A stretch of 64,000 nt of DNA from Cirrosporium novae-zelandiae (lineage: Eukaryota): assembly GCA_026023565.1 (NCBI GenBank), contig JAPETS010000019.1, positions 496,001 to 560,000 on the forward strand, read 5' to 3'. The notes under the pieces are model-generated. The model saw only the letters and a list, made by a program, of their open reading frames with translations. It was not told the origin of the DNA and ran no database searches. Shown here one piece after another: positions 53,585 through 64,000 of this stretch. Numbering within the stretch: the stretch's first letter is position 1; the number at the start of each line of letters is the position of its first letter. A program made the position numbers and the translations under genes.

Positions 53585-53981
53585 GGCTTGGGCGCCTCCG
53601 TCCAAGGTAACTCGAGTAGCGAGCGACTCAAGCGCCCAGGAACAAAATCAACGAAAGGGAAGCTCAGGCAGGTCACAGCCAAGGCTTACTAGTTAAACAC
53701 TCCATGACTAACTTCAGCCCTAAATCTGCCATGTACACAATAAATTGCATGTTACGGATGCCTAAATATGAATGGTATTCTGCATCTGGTGGTCATTGAA
53801 CTACGTGACGACTGGCAATATATCAGAATATAAACCTTTGAATCCATTTCATAATCATTTTCCAACGGGGTTGCTGAGTAGATATTCCTTGGGACATGTA
53901 CCTGGTCTATTGTTCCTATTCTGTCCTTTGTTATATCCACACCTACTAAGGCGTTGATTGTTGCCAGATTATTAATGCACA

Positions 53982-55761
53982 ATGGAATTCCCTAACAACC
54001 ATCATCATTCATTTCAAACATCAGCCGTGGAAGACTCGTCTCAAGAGTCTCGGATCAAACGCTCTTCTTCCTCCTCCCCCTCTGTCAATTGCGTCTTGGG
54101 GTTATCGCAGCCCTATCTGGAGTCTGGTGACAGTAAAGCTGAATCATCCCATCGGTCCTTGTTGGCTCCCACCATGGGTTCCCCCTCTTCTCACGCTAAT
54201 CCATCCTCTGGGGAGCTTTCTGTATCTTTCAGTTTCCAGGGTCGTATTAATCTGGGGTTTAATAACGGGGTGGTGACAACACAGTCCTTTGAGGATACCG
54301 TCCCTCGTATTCGCTCAGCCGAAGCGGAAGCCCCAACCCCGACAAGTACAAGTGATGCTTGTCCTAGTACTCCAGAGGCTAGCGTGGGAGTACGAACGAA
54401 GAGACGTGGTCACACAAAATCACGTCTCGGGTGTTTCAATTGCAAGATTCGGAAGGTCAAGGTTTGTTGTTGATATCAAGTATTTAAGCTCATTGTTCAC
54501 TAAGTGTAAGGTAGTGTCAGGAGACTCGTCCGTCTTGCCAAAACTGCCTGAAGAGAGGCTATACTTGCGAGTATCCTAAAATTATTCAGCCTCAGTCTAG
54601 ACAGCTCCAAACTGTGAGAAATAATACCATTCCTGATCCACGACCTGTGGTTCAACTATCGTCGACTCCAAGTCTGTTCACCCTGACTGATATGCGGTTG
54701 TTGCACCACTTTATCCTAGAAGCATATCCACATCTCCCAGTCGGACAAGATGCAGTGTGGGTGCATGAGGTGCCTGCTTTTGCTCAACATGTACGTAGCT
54801 CTCTTTTCGAACACGTTCATCTCTCTACTGGCTCATAAAAAAAAACTAGTATGAATATCTAATGCACGCTATACTAGCATTATCAGCATCCCATCTAACC
54901 ATGACATCCAATTCCAATTTGACCATTGCAGCCATCAACCATCGTCAATTGGCGCTTGAAGGTCTTAACAAAGCCATTTCCACTTATTCCGTCACACCCA
55001 ACGATGCAGACGCAATGCTAGCAACCTGCTACGCTCTAACTTTCCAATCCTCATATCTGGGCGATGCTCTCACAGACTTTCTGACCCTGATCCGCGGCTG
55101 CGGTCTCGTGAGCCGGCTGATTGCCGTAAACCATCTCGACACAGCCTTCACAATCGACAGGCAGGCGCACAAAAACTATATGAAACCGCGCGAAGGCAAA
55201 TTCCCAAAATTCAACCCCGATCTCGCCGACGCCGCTCTCAACTCCGTCATCCAATTCAAGTCCCTGCTCGGCCACCCGGTAGAATATAGCTTCTACACGG
55301 GCCTGCTGGCCGTAGTCTCCACCCTCAAATACTCCTCCTACAAGGCCTACATCCACTTCTCAGAATGCTACGACACCCTCGCCGCCATGACCCAACTAGA
55401 CATAGAACATCTAACCAACCCCAGTAACAAAATCTCCCAAATAATTCTCTGCCACTTCGTCGCCATCCAAATCGTCGTCACCCCCATAACCTCCTTTGAA
55501 TTCTCTAGAAGGCGTTCCCTCACGCGCACGCCCATCATGGGTGTGGTTGCTCAAGCGGAAAATATCGAAAGGGGGTTGAGTAAGGAATTGCGCCGGTTTG
55601 TGAGGTGGCCCATGAGTATCATGACGACTGTTAAGGAGGAGGTGCAGAGGCAGGGGGAGCCTATGGTTAAGGAGGGGTTGAGGGGGATGGTTATCAGGAA
55701 GGGTAGAGATAGAGATAGAGATGGGAGGGGGAGGGTTGAGAATCGGGCGGAGGATTATTGA
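53982..55761 (+). CDS. Zn(II)2Cys6 transcription factor (Upc2/Ecm22-like C-terminal domain), 3 exons
   Basis: RRGHTKSRLGCFNCKIRKVK/CQETRPSCQNCLKRGYTCEY; DMRLLHHF; YLMHAILALSASHL; introns ~54462-54514 and ~54791-54849. Confidence 0.9.
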
Positions 55762-57185
55762 GTATATCATGGTTGTGAGATGAGGGGGGGGGGGGATTAT
55801 TGGGCTTACCATGCCATGGGTTGTGGCGGGGAGGTGAAGGGGTAGACAGACAGACACTTCCTTCCAAGGGCGCTCCTCGAGAGAAATACGATATAATACG
55901 CATCAACTCACCGTTTGTTATATATATATATATGGAAATATTAAAGGAAGAAAGTACGAATAGTTTATCACCAAAACCATAATTATATTATATCCCAACT
56001 TTGAAGAAGCTGAAGCAAAAAAAACTCAGGGTTTCGGACATGTTGTCTGATCTTGGTAATTAGCTGGGGCGGATGTATAGGGCGGACGGGAAAGGGAAAT
56101 GTGTTGGAAGGGAAGGATATAGGGTGGAAATTGTAAATAGTGAGTGAGGGAAGGAATGGAATTAAGAAATGAGAAGAGAGGGGAACCGTCAAATCCTCCC
56201 TCCCTTCCATCCTCATCCTCATCCTCGCCCCTATCCCTATTCTTAACAAAACCCAAACAAAGCAAATAGGAAATAAACAATCTACAAAATATCGAGGAAA
56301 ATAAGGAAAAGGAGGAGAAAAAGGAGGGGAGGGGAGGGGAGGGGAGGGGTTGGATATATGTGGTTATAGGGTGGGGAATTGGGAATTGGGAATTGGGAAT
56401 GGGAATGGGACTAGGTAGGGAAGAGAACTGTATAAATAAAGCTATGCCATGCATGCATATATACACGCACTTTTCTTATCCAAGGGAAAAACTACCGAAA
56501 TAATTTATTCTTTACATTCTTGATATATCCGCCTGCTATAACCTAAAAAAACAAATGAAAGGCAACAGACATGGTTATACGGACAATTGAAAATAAAAAT
56601 GAAAAATAATCATCACAAAACATCAAGTTAGTTTCATTTTCATTTCATTTTAATTTTTCCAAAAACTGTAAAGGCTCTAAAGTTCACCCAAGTTCACCAA
56701 GTTCACCAAGTTCTTTCAAACCCTGGGGATTTATATATGGCCAAGGGCTCAGCTCTGGAGAGAAAAAAAGGGACGCTGTTTTTTTTGGCTGCTTGAAGTT
56801 AGTTGTTCACTTTGCTTTGGATTTCAATGATAATTTATTTGGAATGAAGACAGGAGGTGAGGTGAGGTGAGGTAAGTTCGTAGATGATTTTTGAATCGAA
56901 CGAGCTTTTGCCATCATTATCATCATCCATGTCCAAGGATTAAAATTTCACCTCACCCTCACGTCCCCTCCTTATCCTCCCTAACCCTTCACTCAACCCC
57001 CCGTTCCCGTTCCTATTCTCATGGCTAGAATAATGCAACTAATCAAGCCTTTTTGCTACTACATACTACTAAAACACCTCCCAATCACGCAACTGACCTA
57101 GAGTTGGTCATTTCACCAAAATTTGGGCGCTGGCATAAAGAGAGGTTGGAGCTGGGAGCAACCGACCGAGTTTGGGAGAGAGTAA

Positions 57186-57881
57186 TTAACCCCCCTCCTC
57201 AACACTCACAACCCTAATATCTGGCTCCAAACACTTCTCCTTCACCAAAACCCCATTCAAATAATCATTCCGATCAACCCTCCTATATGCATCCTCCAAA
57301 TTCCCCTCAATCCCACTCCTAACATGCCTCCTCGCAACCCTCTCCCTCACCACCTCCAAATCCGCATCTATAAAGATTTTGAGATCTACCAGGGGGGCGA
57401 TTTGGAGCCAGGGTTGTTGGTTTAGGAGGAGGTAGTTTCCTTCGAGGAGGATTATTGGGATGGAGGGGGGGATGGGGATGGCGCTAGGGATGGGATCTTT
57501 TTTGGAGTGGGAGAAAGAGGGAGCTTTGATTATTTCTTGTTTCTTCGAGTTTGAGGGGGAGTCTGCAGATTCTCGTAGCCGGCGGACCAGCTGGACTACT
57601 TTCTCGGCGTCAAAGGTCCACGGTGCCCCGCGTCGGGTGTAGGCTTCGTCCTTGTTGGGCAGGCGATCTAGATATGAACGTGGATAGTGGAATCCGTCCA
57701 TGGGGATGCAGATGGCGGTATCTGGCCCATGTTGTTCATTCAGTAGTGAGACTATGCGTTTCGCTGTTGTGGTCTTTCCGCTCCCGGGGGCACCGGCTAT
57801 GGCGACTAGGTATCTTTGCTTTTGGCTTTGGGTGTATCGGTGGGATATCTGCGAGGCGAGGGAGTGGTATGCAGGTTCCAT
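57186..57881 (-). CDS. P-loop kinase of the phosphoribulokinase/uridine kinase superfamily (Yfh7/FrcK/YggC-like)
   Basis: GAPGSGKTT, PMDGFH, RRGAPWTFD, EGNYLLL, RVARRH, ND motifs. Confidence 0.88.
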   Translation of the reverse strand: MEPAYHSLASQISHRYTQSQKQRYLVAIAGAPGSGKTTTAKRIVSLLNEQHGPDTAICIPMDGFHYPRSYLDRLPNKDEAYTRRGAPWTFDAEKVVQLVRRLRESADSPSNSKKQEIIKAPSFSHSKKDPIPSAIPIPPSIPIILLEGNYLLLNQQPWLQIAPLVDLKIFIDADLEVVRERVARRHVRSGIEGNLEDAYRRVDRNDYLNGVLVKEKCLEPDIRVVSVEEGG

Positions 57882-58743
57882 GATGGAAGGGTCAGCGAGG
57901 AGAAGGAGGAGGAGGAGGAGGAGGAGGAGAAGGGGTTGTGGAAAAGGTCGTGAGTTGCAATTATTATTATCGTCATGGTTGGGGATTTTTCTTGGGGGTG
58001 GGCTATCGTAGTCGGAGGTGTTCGTAGCAATTAATTCAATGTAGAATGGTTAGTTAGCTAGTTGGTTGTGAAAATCAAGTTGCTCCACAACAAACAACAA
58101 CAACAACAACAACAACAACAAAAACAAACATCGTCACATTTTCTTTCTGATTTTTCCCGCTCCTGAATTCCCGCCCGTTCGACCCTTTCACCACCTGTTC
58201 AGAATAACTCAATCCGTAAATAACCATGGGGTTGTTTTTCGAGGGTTTTCCCGGTCATCAGGTCCCGAACCTTTAAATCATGAATCGTCCCGGAAATTTC
58301 GGTCATCCTCTCCCGTTTTAAATGTTTGACCCCGGAGAAGGATATCCGCCCCTGAAGGTTGAATGTGGGGGTTTGGAGGGGAAATTGTGGGTCTGATTGA
58401 CTTTCAACACACCCTCACTGTCCGCCTCTAAGACATCTATCTGCAACTATGGAGGAACGACGCGTCAAATGCAAAGTATTGTATGTTGGATGGCAAGGAA
58501 ATCAGTGCCCGCCTCCGTTTTTGTCGAATGGAAGTCATGGAACCTTTGGAGCATGCATATAGATCCTGTGGACCCGATGGAGCTTTTGGAGTCGAGACCA
58601 GTAATATATCAATGACATGATCGATTCAACTCTATTTTGTGTGTGATATATCTATACTAGATCAACAGTCCTCACCCTATTGTTCATATTTGCATTCTTT
58701 CTTGCTTGGTGTCCAGCTATCATCTTCCATCGTTGTAGCTATA

Positions 58744-59952
58744 ATGGCAGCCGTAAGATTATCTCTCCTCTCTTCTCATTTCCCTTCTTCTAAAGATAAG
58801 TCACAGTCTTCCAAAAACCCTGCCTTTGTCCTCCACTCTGTCAAAAATGTCTCCATAGAAGAACATCCAATTCGTCCCTTACGCGATCCTTATGATGTTC
58901 GCCTACACATCGCCCATACTGGAATCTGCGGCAGTGACGTGCATTACTGGCAACGAGGCCGGATTGGAAACTTTATCCTCAATTCTCCGATAGTCCTTGG
59001 CCATGAGAGCTCCGGTATAGTTGTGGAAGTTGGCGAAAAGGTGAAGAACGTCAAGATTGGAGATCGTGTAGCCGTGGAACCTGGTGTGCCGTGCCGACAG
59101 TATGGCTCTATTGTATCTTATTTATTTGATGTCTGATGCTAAGACTCTTTACTCAGCTGCGACTACTGCCGCCGCGGCTCCTACAATCTCTGTCCGGATA
59201 CTGTTTTTGCTGCCACTCCTCCACACGACGGTACACTTGCAAAGTATTATCTTACTTCCTCTGATTATTGCTACCCAATCCCCGAGCACATGTCTCTCGA
59301 AGAAGGCGCACTCTGCGAACCTGTAGCTGTAGCCGTCCAAATTTGCAAGGTCGGCGACGTGCGTCCAGGTCAAACTGTCGTGGTATTTGGGTGTGGACCT
59401 ATTGGCCTGTTAAGCCAAGCCGTGTGCAAGGCGTACGCGTGCAAGAGGGTTATTGGTGTGGATATCAGGAAAGGTAGGTTAGACTTTGCACAGACCTTTG
59501 CAGCCGACGAGGTGTTTGAGCCGCCAAAGCGACCTGAGACAGTCGAAGAACCGGATTGGAATGAGCAGGTTGCCGAGATGATAAAGACCCAGTTTGGGCT
59601 AGGGGAAGGACCAGACGTCGTGATCGAGGCCACAGGCGCGGAATCATGCATTCAAACGGGCATTCACCTGGCTAAAAAAGGCGGGACCTATGTTCAAGCC
59701 GGCATGGGTAAAGAGAATGTCAACTTTCCAATCACCATGGCGCTTCTCAAAGACCTCAGATTCCGCGGCTCGATTCGATATACGGAAGGCTGCTATCCGA
59801 GAGCTGTTGATCTTGTTGCTAGTGGAAAGGTTGATGTTAAAAGACTTGTGAGCCATCGATATAAATTCGAGCAGGCCCAAGAGGCTTTTAATACTGTTCT
59901 TGGGGGAGCACCGGATGTGGTTAAGGTTGTTATTGAGGGTGTCCAAGCCTAG
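58744..59952 (+). CDS. Zn-dependent medium-chain polyol dehydrogenase (sorbitol/xylitol dehydrogenase-like)
   Basis: TGICGSDVHYW, LGHESSG, GDRVAVEPGVPCR/CDYC..YNLC, GCGPIG, GSIRY; introns 58753-58806 and ~59100-59157. Confidence 0.92.
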
Positions 59953-60349
59953 TATGGAAGATAGGTAGATTGGATATCTCGGTCTCTAGGTAGGTAGGGG
60001 GAAAAGTGCTTTATGGGTGCTCAAGTTATGGTTCATGAATAATTATGCAAATTGAGATGTATTTTGGGTCAGACAGAGCATTATACCACTCCTTCAAATG
60101 GCCCGGGTATAATTTATACCAAGTATTAAATTATACCAAGTATTAAATTATTCCTATTTGTTTATGCAATTCCTCATACGGAAAGTTATTTCTAAATTCC
60201 TCCATCTTGCATTCCTGACTTTTATCCTTTTCTCTACTACTACCATATGAAGTACGAATAACGTCAAAGCGATCATACCAACTTTCATGCATTTACATTG
60301 TTGAGTTGAGCACCAAGACATTCATTCAATCATCCTTTCACTATTCACC

Positions 60350-61246
60350 ATGTTTTCTTACTGCTCGATATTTCTTCTGTCGCTCGCCGCCACGGCTCAA
60401 GCGCTCGAGTTCACTTCATTTCCCAAGTCTGTCACTATTGACGAGCCGGCCACTCTTACCTGGTCTCCGGCTGATGAAAGTGTAAATCACCATTGTTAAT
60501 TGAGATTTCATGTACATGTACCTTACTGACAGGTTCCATCTAGCCAGTCACAATTCAACTAAAGAAGGGGGACCCTCTACCCTTGCAGGACGTCAGCATG
60601 TTAACAAGTAAGTAACCTATTGAAGCTAATCCCCTTGACAGTCACAAACTGAGACATCATCTCTACTGGAGTTCTTGCTAATTGCTCTGCTACAGCCACT
60701 GCCACCGATGGATCATTCATATGGGACCCTCCCAGTGATCTCACGAACACAGACGACTACGCCTTTGCAATTTCTAATGGAGACACAATTAATTATTCGG
60801 GATTATTCACATTGTCTGCAGCCGAGGAAGTCATGGAGACCAGCTCTTCCTCCGAGTTCATGAGTCAGGATACCACGACAGTCATGACTACCACCACCAC
60901 TACTAGCAGCACCACCAGTACCACCACTACTGCAGACTCCACTCCCTTTGAGACCTCCTTTAGCAGTCTTACAACTAGTCACTCAAGCTTTTCCATATCC
61001 AATAATAGAACCGTTACCATAACTCTCCCCTCGAGCTTGCTCAAGATCAGTTCCAGCAGCAGCAAGACGACGAAGGAGCCGTCTACTACTACTACTGAAA
61101 CCGATGATACATCTACTACTATTGGGAGTAGCCAGTCAAGCTCGACTTCTACGGCTGCTGCTGCTACTGTTATTGCTATGCTGAGTAGCCAACTAGATGT
61201 TATTCTTGGAGGTGCTGCTGTAGGGGCCCTTCTGTACATGATTTGA
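60350..61246 (+). CDS. Secreted, probably GPI-anchored Ser/Thr-rich cell-surface protein (Kre9/Knh1-like N-terminal domain), 3 exons
   Basis: Signal peptide MFSYCSIFLLSLAATAQA; TLTW...VTIQLKKG...GSFIWDPP...DDYAFAI...INYSGLF; long Ser/Thr tract; hydrophobic C-terminus. Confidence 0.8.
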
Positions 61247-62426
61247 TTTGATGTTTTTAGAGATTCGTTCGAGTTGATGGCGTTAGGGGAATTTGCAAGC
61301 TGTGTTAGCTAAGTTAGCATTGTGATTTATATGTTGCTGCACTAGCTCGGTATCTAAATGGAATTCGAATCAAGATGTGCTCCTCTTTGTAAACAGCTTC
61401 TGTATGTGCATTGAATTATGAATTTCGGTCATTCACGATAAGATACCCACACCCCAAAGCATCATTCCTTTCAATCCCATATCAACTAATTAACTATATT
61501 CCCCCCTATTTATTTGGCGCGCTACCCTACACACACCTCCAGAATCCCTATCCTATACCGTCGAACCAACCAAACAAACAACACTAACCTACGACGGAGG
61601 AAGTAGTACATTAGTGAATAGGTTAATTCTACAAGAAAAGGTTATATCTAGTTGATTTTATACAATAATTACCCTCAACGGTATATATAACCTGAGAGAG
61701 CGAGATGAATTTTTTATATAAATATAAATATTAATATTTAGGGGGAACCCCACACTAACTTAGGATAGCAAAGAGTTTCTTTACAGAAATAGAAAATAGG
61801 GAATTTTGTATTATTATTTTTTTGTTGGTTAGTTACTTATTTTCTTATTAAGATGTTAGCTTTATATTTTTTTTTTAATTGAATTGGATATACGGATCAA
61901 CTTCTTTTACAATACTTAGGTACCCACCCACCCATAGATAAATACCTCAAACCCTCGCCTATATTTTTAACTTCCCATAGCTGTCCTATATCTTATGTAT
62001 CTATTTAAGACTTCCAAGGCATCTAAGGCTGAGACGAACGAACGAACATTATATTCCTCTGCAAGTTCTACTACTATCTGCTGCTGTCTGGTTTTTAATC
62101 GATACTTGATACTTGGGAATGGATGAATGAATAAATGAATGAATGCCTTGCCCTAGATGCTTGGAAAATGGGAGAGAGAGAGGGTCCTAAGTCGTTAATA
62201 TTCGTTAATCTTCGTTCGTGGTAGATTCGTGCTGTGGCCGTGTGGAGTGTGGGAATCGCTGTGTTGGAAGCTAGATTCATTCATTCGTTCTCCTGCGTTT
62301 TCTAGCTTGCCTACCTACACTCGGCACTCGATATAGGAGTATGATACCCATATATATATATATATATATATATACGCGTGTAGGGCTATAAATCTGTCAA
62401 TAGTCAATGCTTTAATGCTTTGAATA

Positions 62427-62458
62427 GAACTGAACTGAACTGAACTGAACTGAACTGA
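62427..62458. repeat. (GAACT)n microsatellite; (TA)n nearby at ~62350-62374
   Basis: Directly visible tandem repeats in a simple-sequence-rich intergenic region. Confidence 0.85.
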
Positions 62459-63484
62459 AATAGGCTTGTTTATTGTTACCAGTATATTTCGTTAAACGGC
62501 GTTTATAGATTTTATAAATTCAAGAATCCTATCAAAGTCGCTTCTTTTGCTCTCTATCTTCTTACCTTACATCACAATCAATCAATCAATCTTACCATTT
62601 ACCATTACCATTACCATTTTAGTAAACCCCTTTCCAAATTCCCAACTTCCCAAATTTCAGCATTCAACATTCAAGATCCAAGACCCAAGAGCTTTTATCT
62701 TAACTCCCTATTAAAAAAAATAAAAGATGATTTCTCAGAGAAGTTTATTTTATCTTTATCGTATGTGGATGTGGATGTGGACGTGGTGGTATTAGAGTAG
62801 AAATGTTATGGATTTTTTTAATTTTTTTTAATTTTTTTTTATAAAGATTTGTATGGGGGAGGAGAGAGAGGGGAGGGTTATGGAAGGTGGTATGTATGAA
62901 AGAGAGAGATAAAGTAATGGTTTGGTACTGGTTACAGGATAGGCTAATAAATAAATAAATAAATAATACTCTTAATTATCTACCTAAGTAACCAAACCAT
63001 GCCAAAAAGTCAAAAGGCCTTTTCCAGACTAGTAAATTTATAAATTCGAGACCCCCCCTATCAAAAAAAAAAAAATCAATAAGTTCTCTTACGTGGTACC
63101 ATTATTATATTATGACGTAGTCAGGTTCCATATATCCTACCCAACGTACTGGGATATACCACGTCCTTTTCCGGCTTGGTTTGGTTAGGTAAAAAGTGTT
63201 GGGTTGGATTGGGTTGGGTTCTAACATGTTGTTGTTGGAGTAGAGATGTTGTGGATTTCTTTTTTTTTTTTTGGGGAGGGGGTTTGGTTTTGATTTGTGG
63301 AGGTTGTGGGATGGATATGGCTGCGCTTGTAATAGGTGGTCTTGGAAATGAGGAGGTATGGATTTTTCTTTATGGGGGTTGTGGAAGGTGGTATGTGGGG
63401 GGAGTTATAGATATATACTAATGACCGAGTACTACTGTACTGTACATACATATATACATACATACATGCGCATGGATTACAAAA

Positions 63485-64000
63485 TCACCTCTCCAACCCC
63501 TCCTCATGAACCGCATCCCCCTTCCTCCCCTTCTCCTCAAACACCTCCACATCCCTCGTCACCCTCCCCGGCCCATCAAACACCTCCGCAATTTCCTCCA
63601 GCGAGTACCCCTTCGTCTCTGGAAAGCAGAACCAAGTCACCGCAAAGAATATCGCCAACAGACAGCAAAATACAATATAATAGTGCCACCCAATATTCTC
63701 TAGCGCGATGGGGTTCACGAATGCTAGGATGATCAGGCTGCCGTACACGGTAAGGAGTTCCACGGTGAGACCTTTGCTGCGTAGGGAGTAGGGGAAGATT
63801 TCTGTGGGGTAGCCCAGGAGTAAGGGGGTGAATGCGCAGTCGTAGCTTGCAAAGTAGATGAATATAAACGCAATGACAGCGATGCCGAGAGAATTTGAAT
63901 TCGTCTTGTCGAATTCCGCGGAGCACGCCGTCCAGATTATGAAGGACACCAGCATGCCGAACCCGGACCAGAGGAATAGCGTGCGCCGGCCGAGGCGATC
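63485..64000 (-). CDS. MFS sugar porter (lactose/cellodextrin permease-like), 3' part only
   Basis: DRLGRRTLFL at the window edge, YPTEIFPYSLRSKG, FVNPIAL, FPETKGYSLEEI. Confidence 0.9.
   Translation of the reverse strand, partial: DRLGRRTLFLWSGFGMLVSFIIWTACSAEFDKTNSNSLGIAVIAFIFIYFASYDCAFTPLLLGYPTEIFPYSLRSKGLTVELLTVYGSLIILAFVNPIALENIGWHYYIVFCCLLAIFFAVTWFCFPETKGYSLEEIAEVFDGPGRVTRDVEVFEEKGRKGDAVHEEGLER

Noticed and set aside
61300..63480. Possible gene or element remnant in the AT- and microsatellite-rich interval
   Set aside because: No coherent ORF, termini or TSD found; treated as low-complexity intergenic DNA.

Overview
Intron-rich filamentous ascomycete (Pezizomycotina-like) genomic DNA in three parts. 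(1) 1-26.3 kb is a dense block of conserved housekeeping genes: ADE13, MED7, a PAP2 lipid phosphatase, a Ser-rich hypothetical gene, CAP1, DOA4, VPS27, a dual HBS1/SKI7 locus and KAR2/BiP. (2) 26302-53584 is a 27.3-kb very AT-rich, RIP-mutated island that resolves into one ~5.2-kb Mutator-like DNA transposon (degenerate 45-bp TIRs, 9-bp TSD GGCTTGGGC). It carries two convergent, highly intron-split genes, a DDE transposase and an unknown ORF, and was later hit by four copies of one Tad1-like LINE. Nearly every intron and non-coding gap of this transposon contains a tandem ~11-bp-period array of the palindrome AATCGATT, an architecture reminiscent of the plant VANDAL/VANC anti-silencing system. 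(3) 53.6-64 kb holds a Zn2Cys6 factor, a Yfh7/FrcK-like kinase divergent from a polyol dehydrogenase, a GPI-anchored Ser/Thr-rich protein and the 3' end of an MFS sugar porter. All calls are by-eye translation and motif recognition; no searches were run, and exon boundaries in RIP-mutated DNA are approximate.
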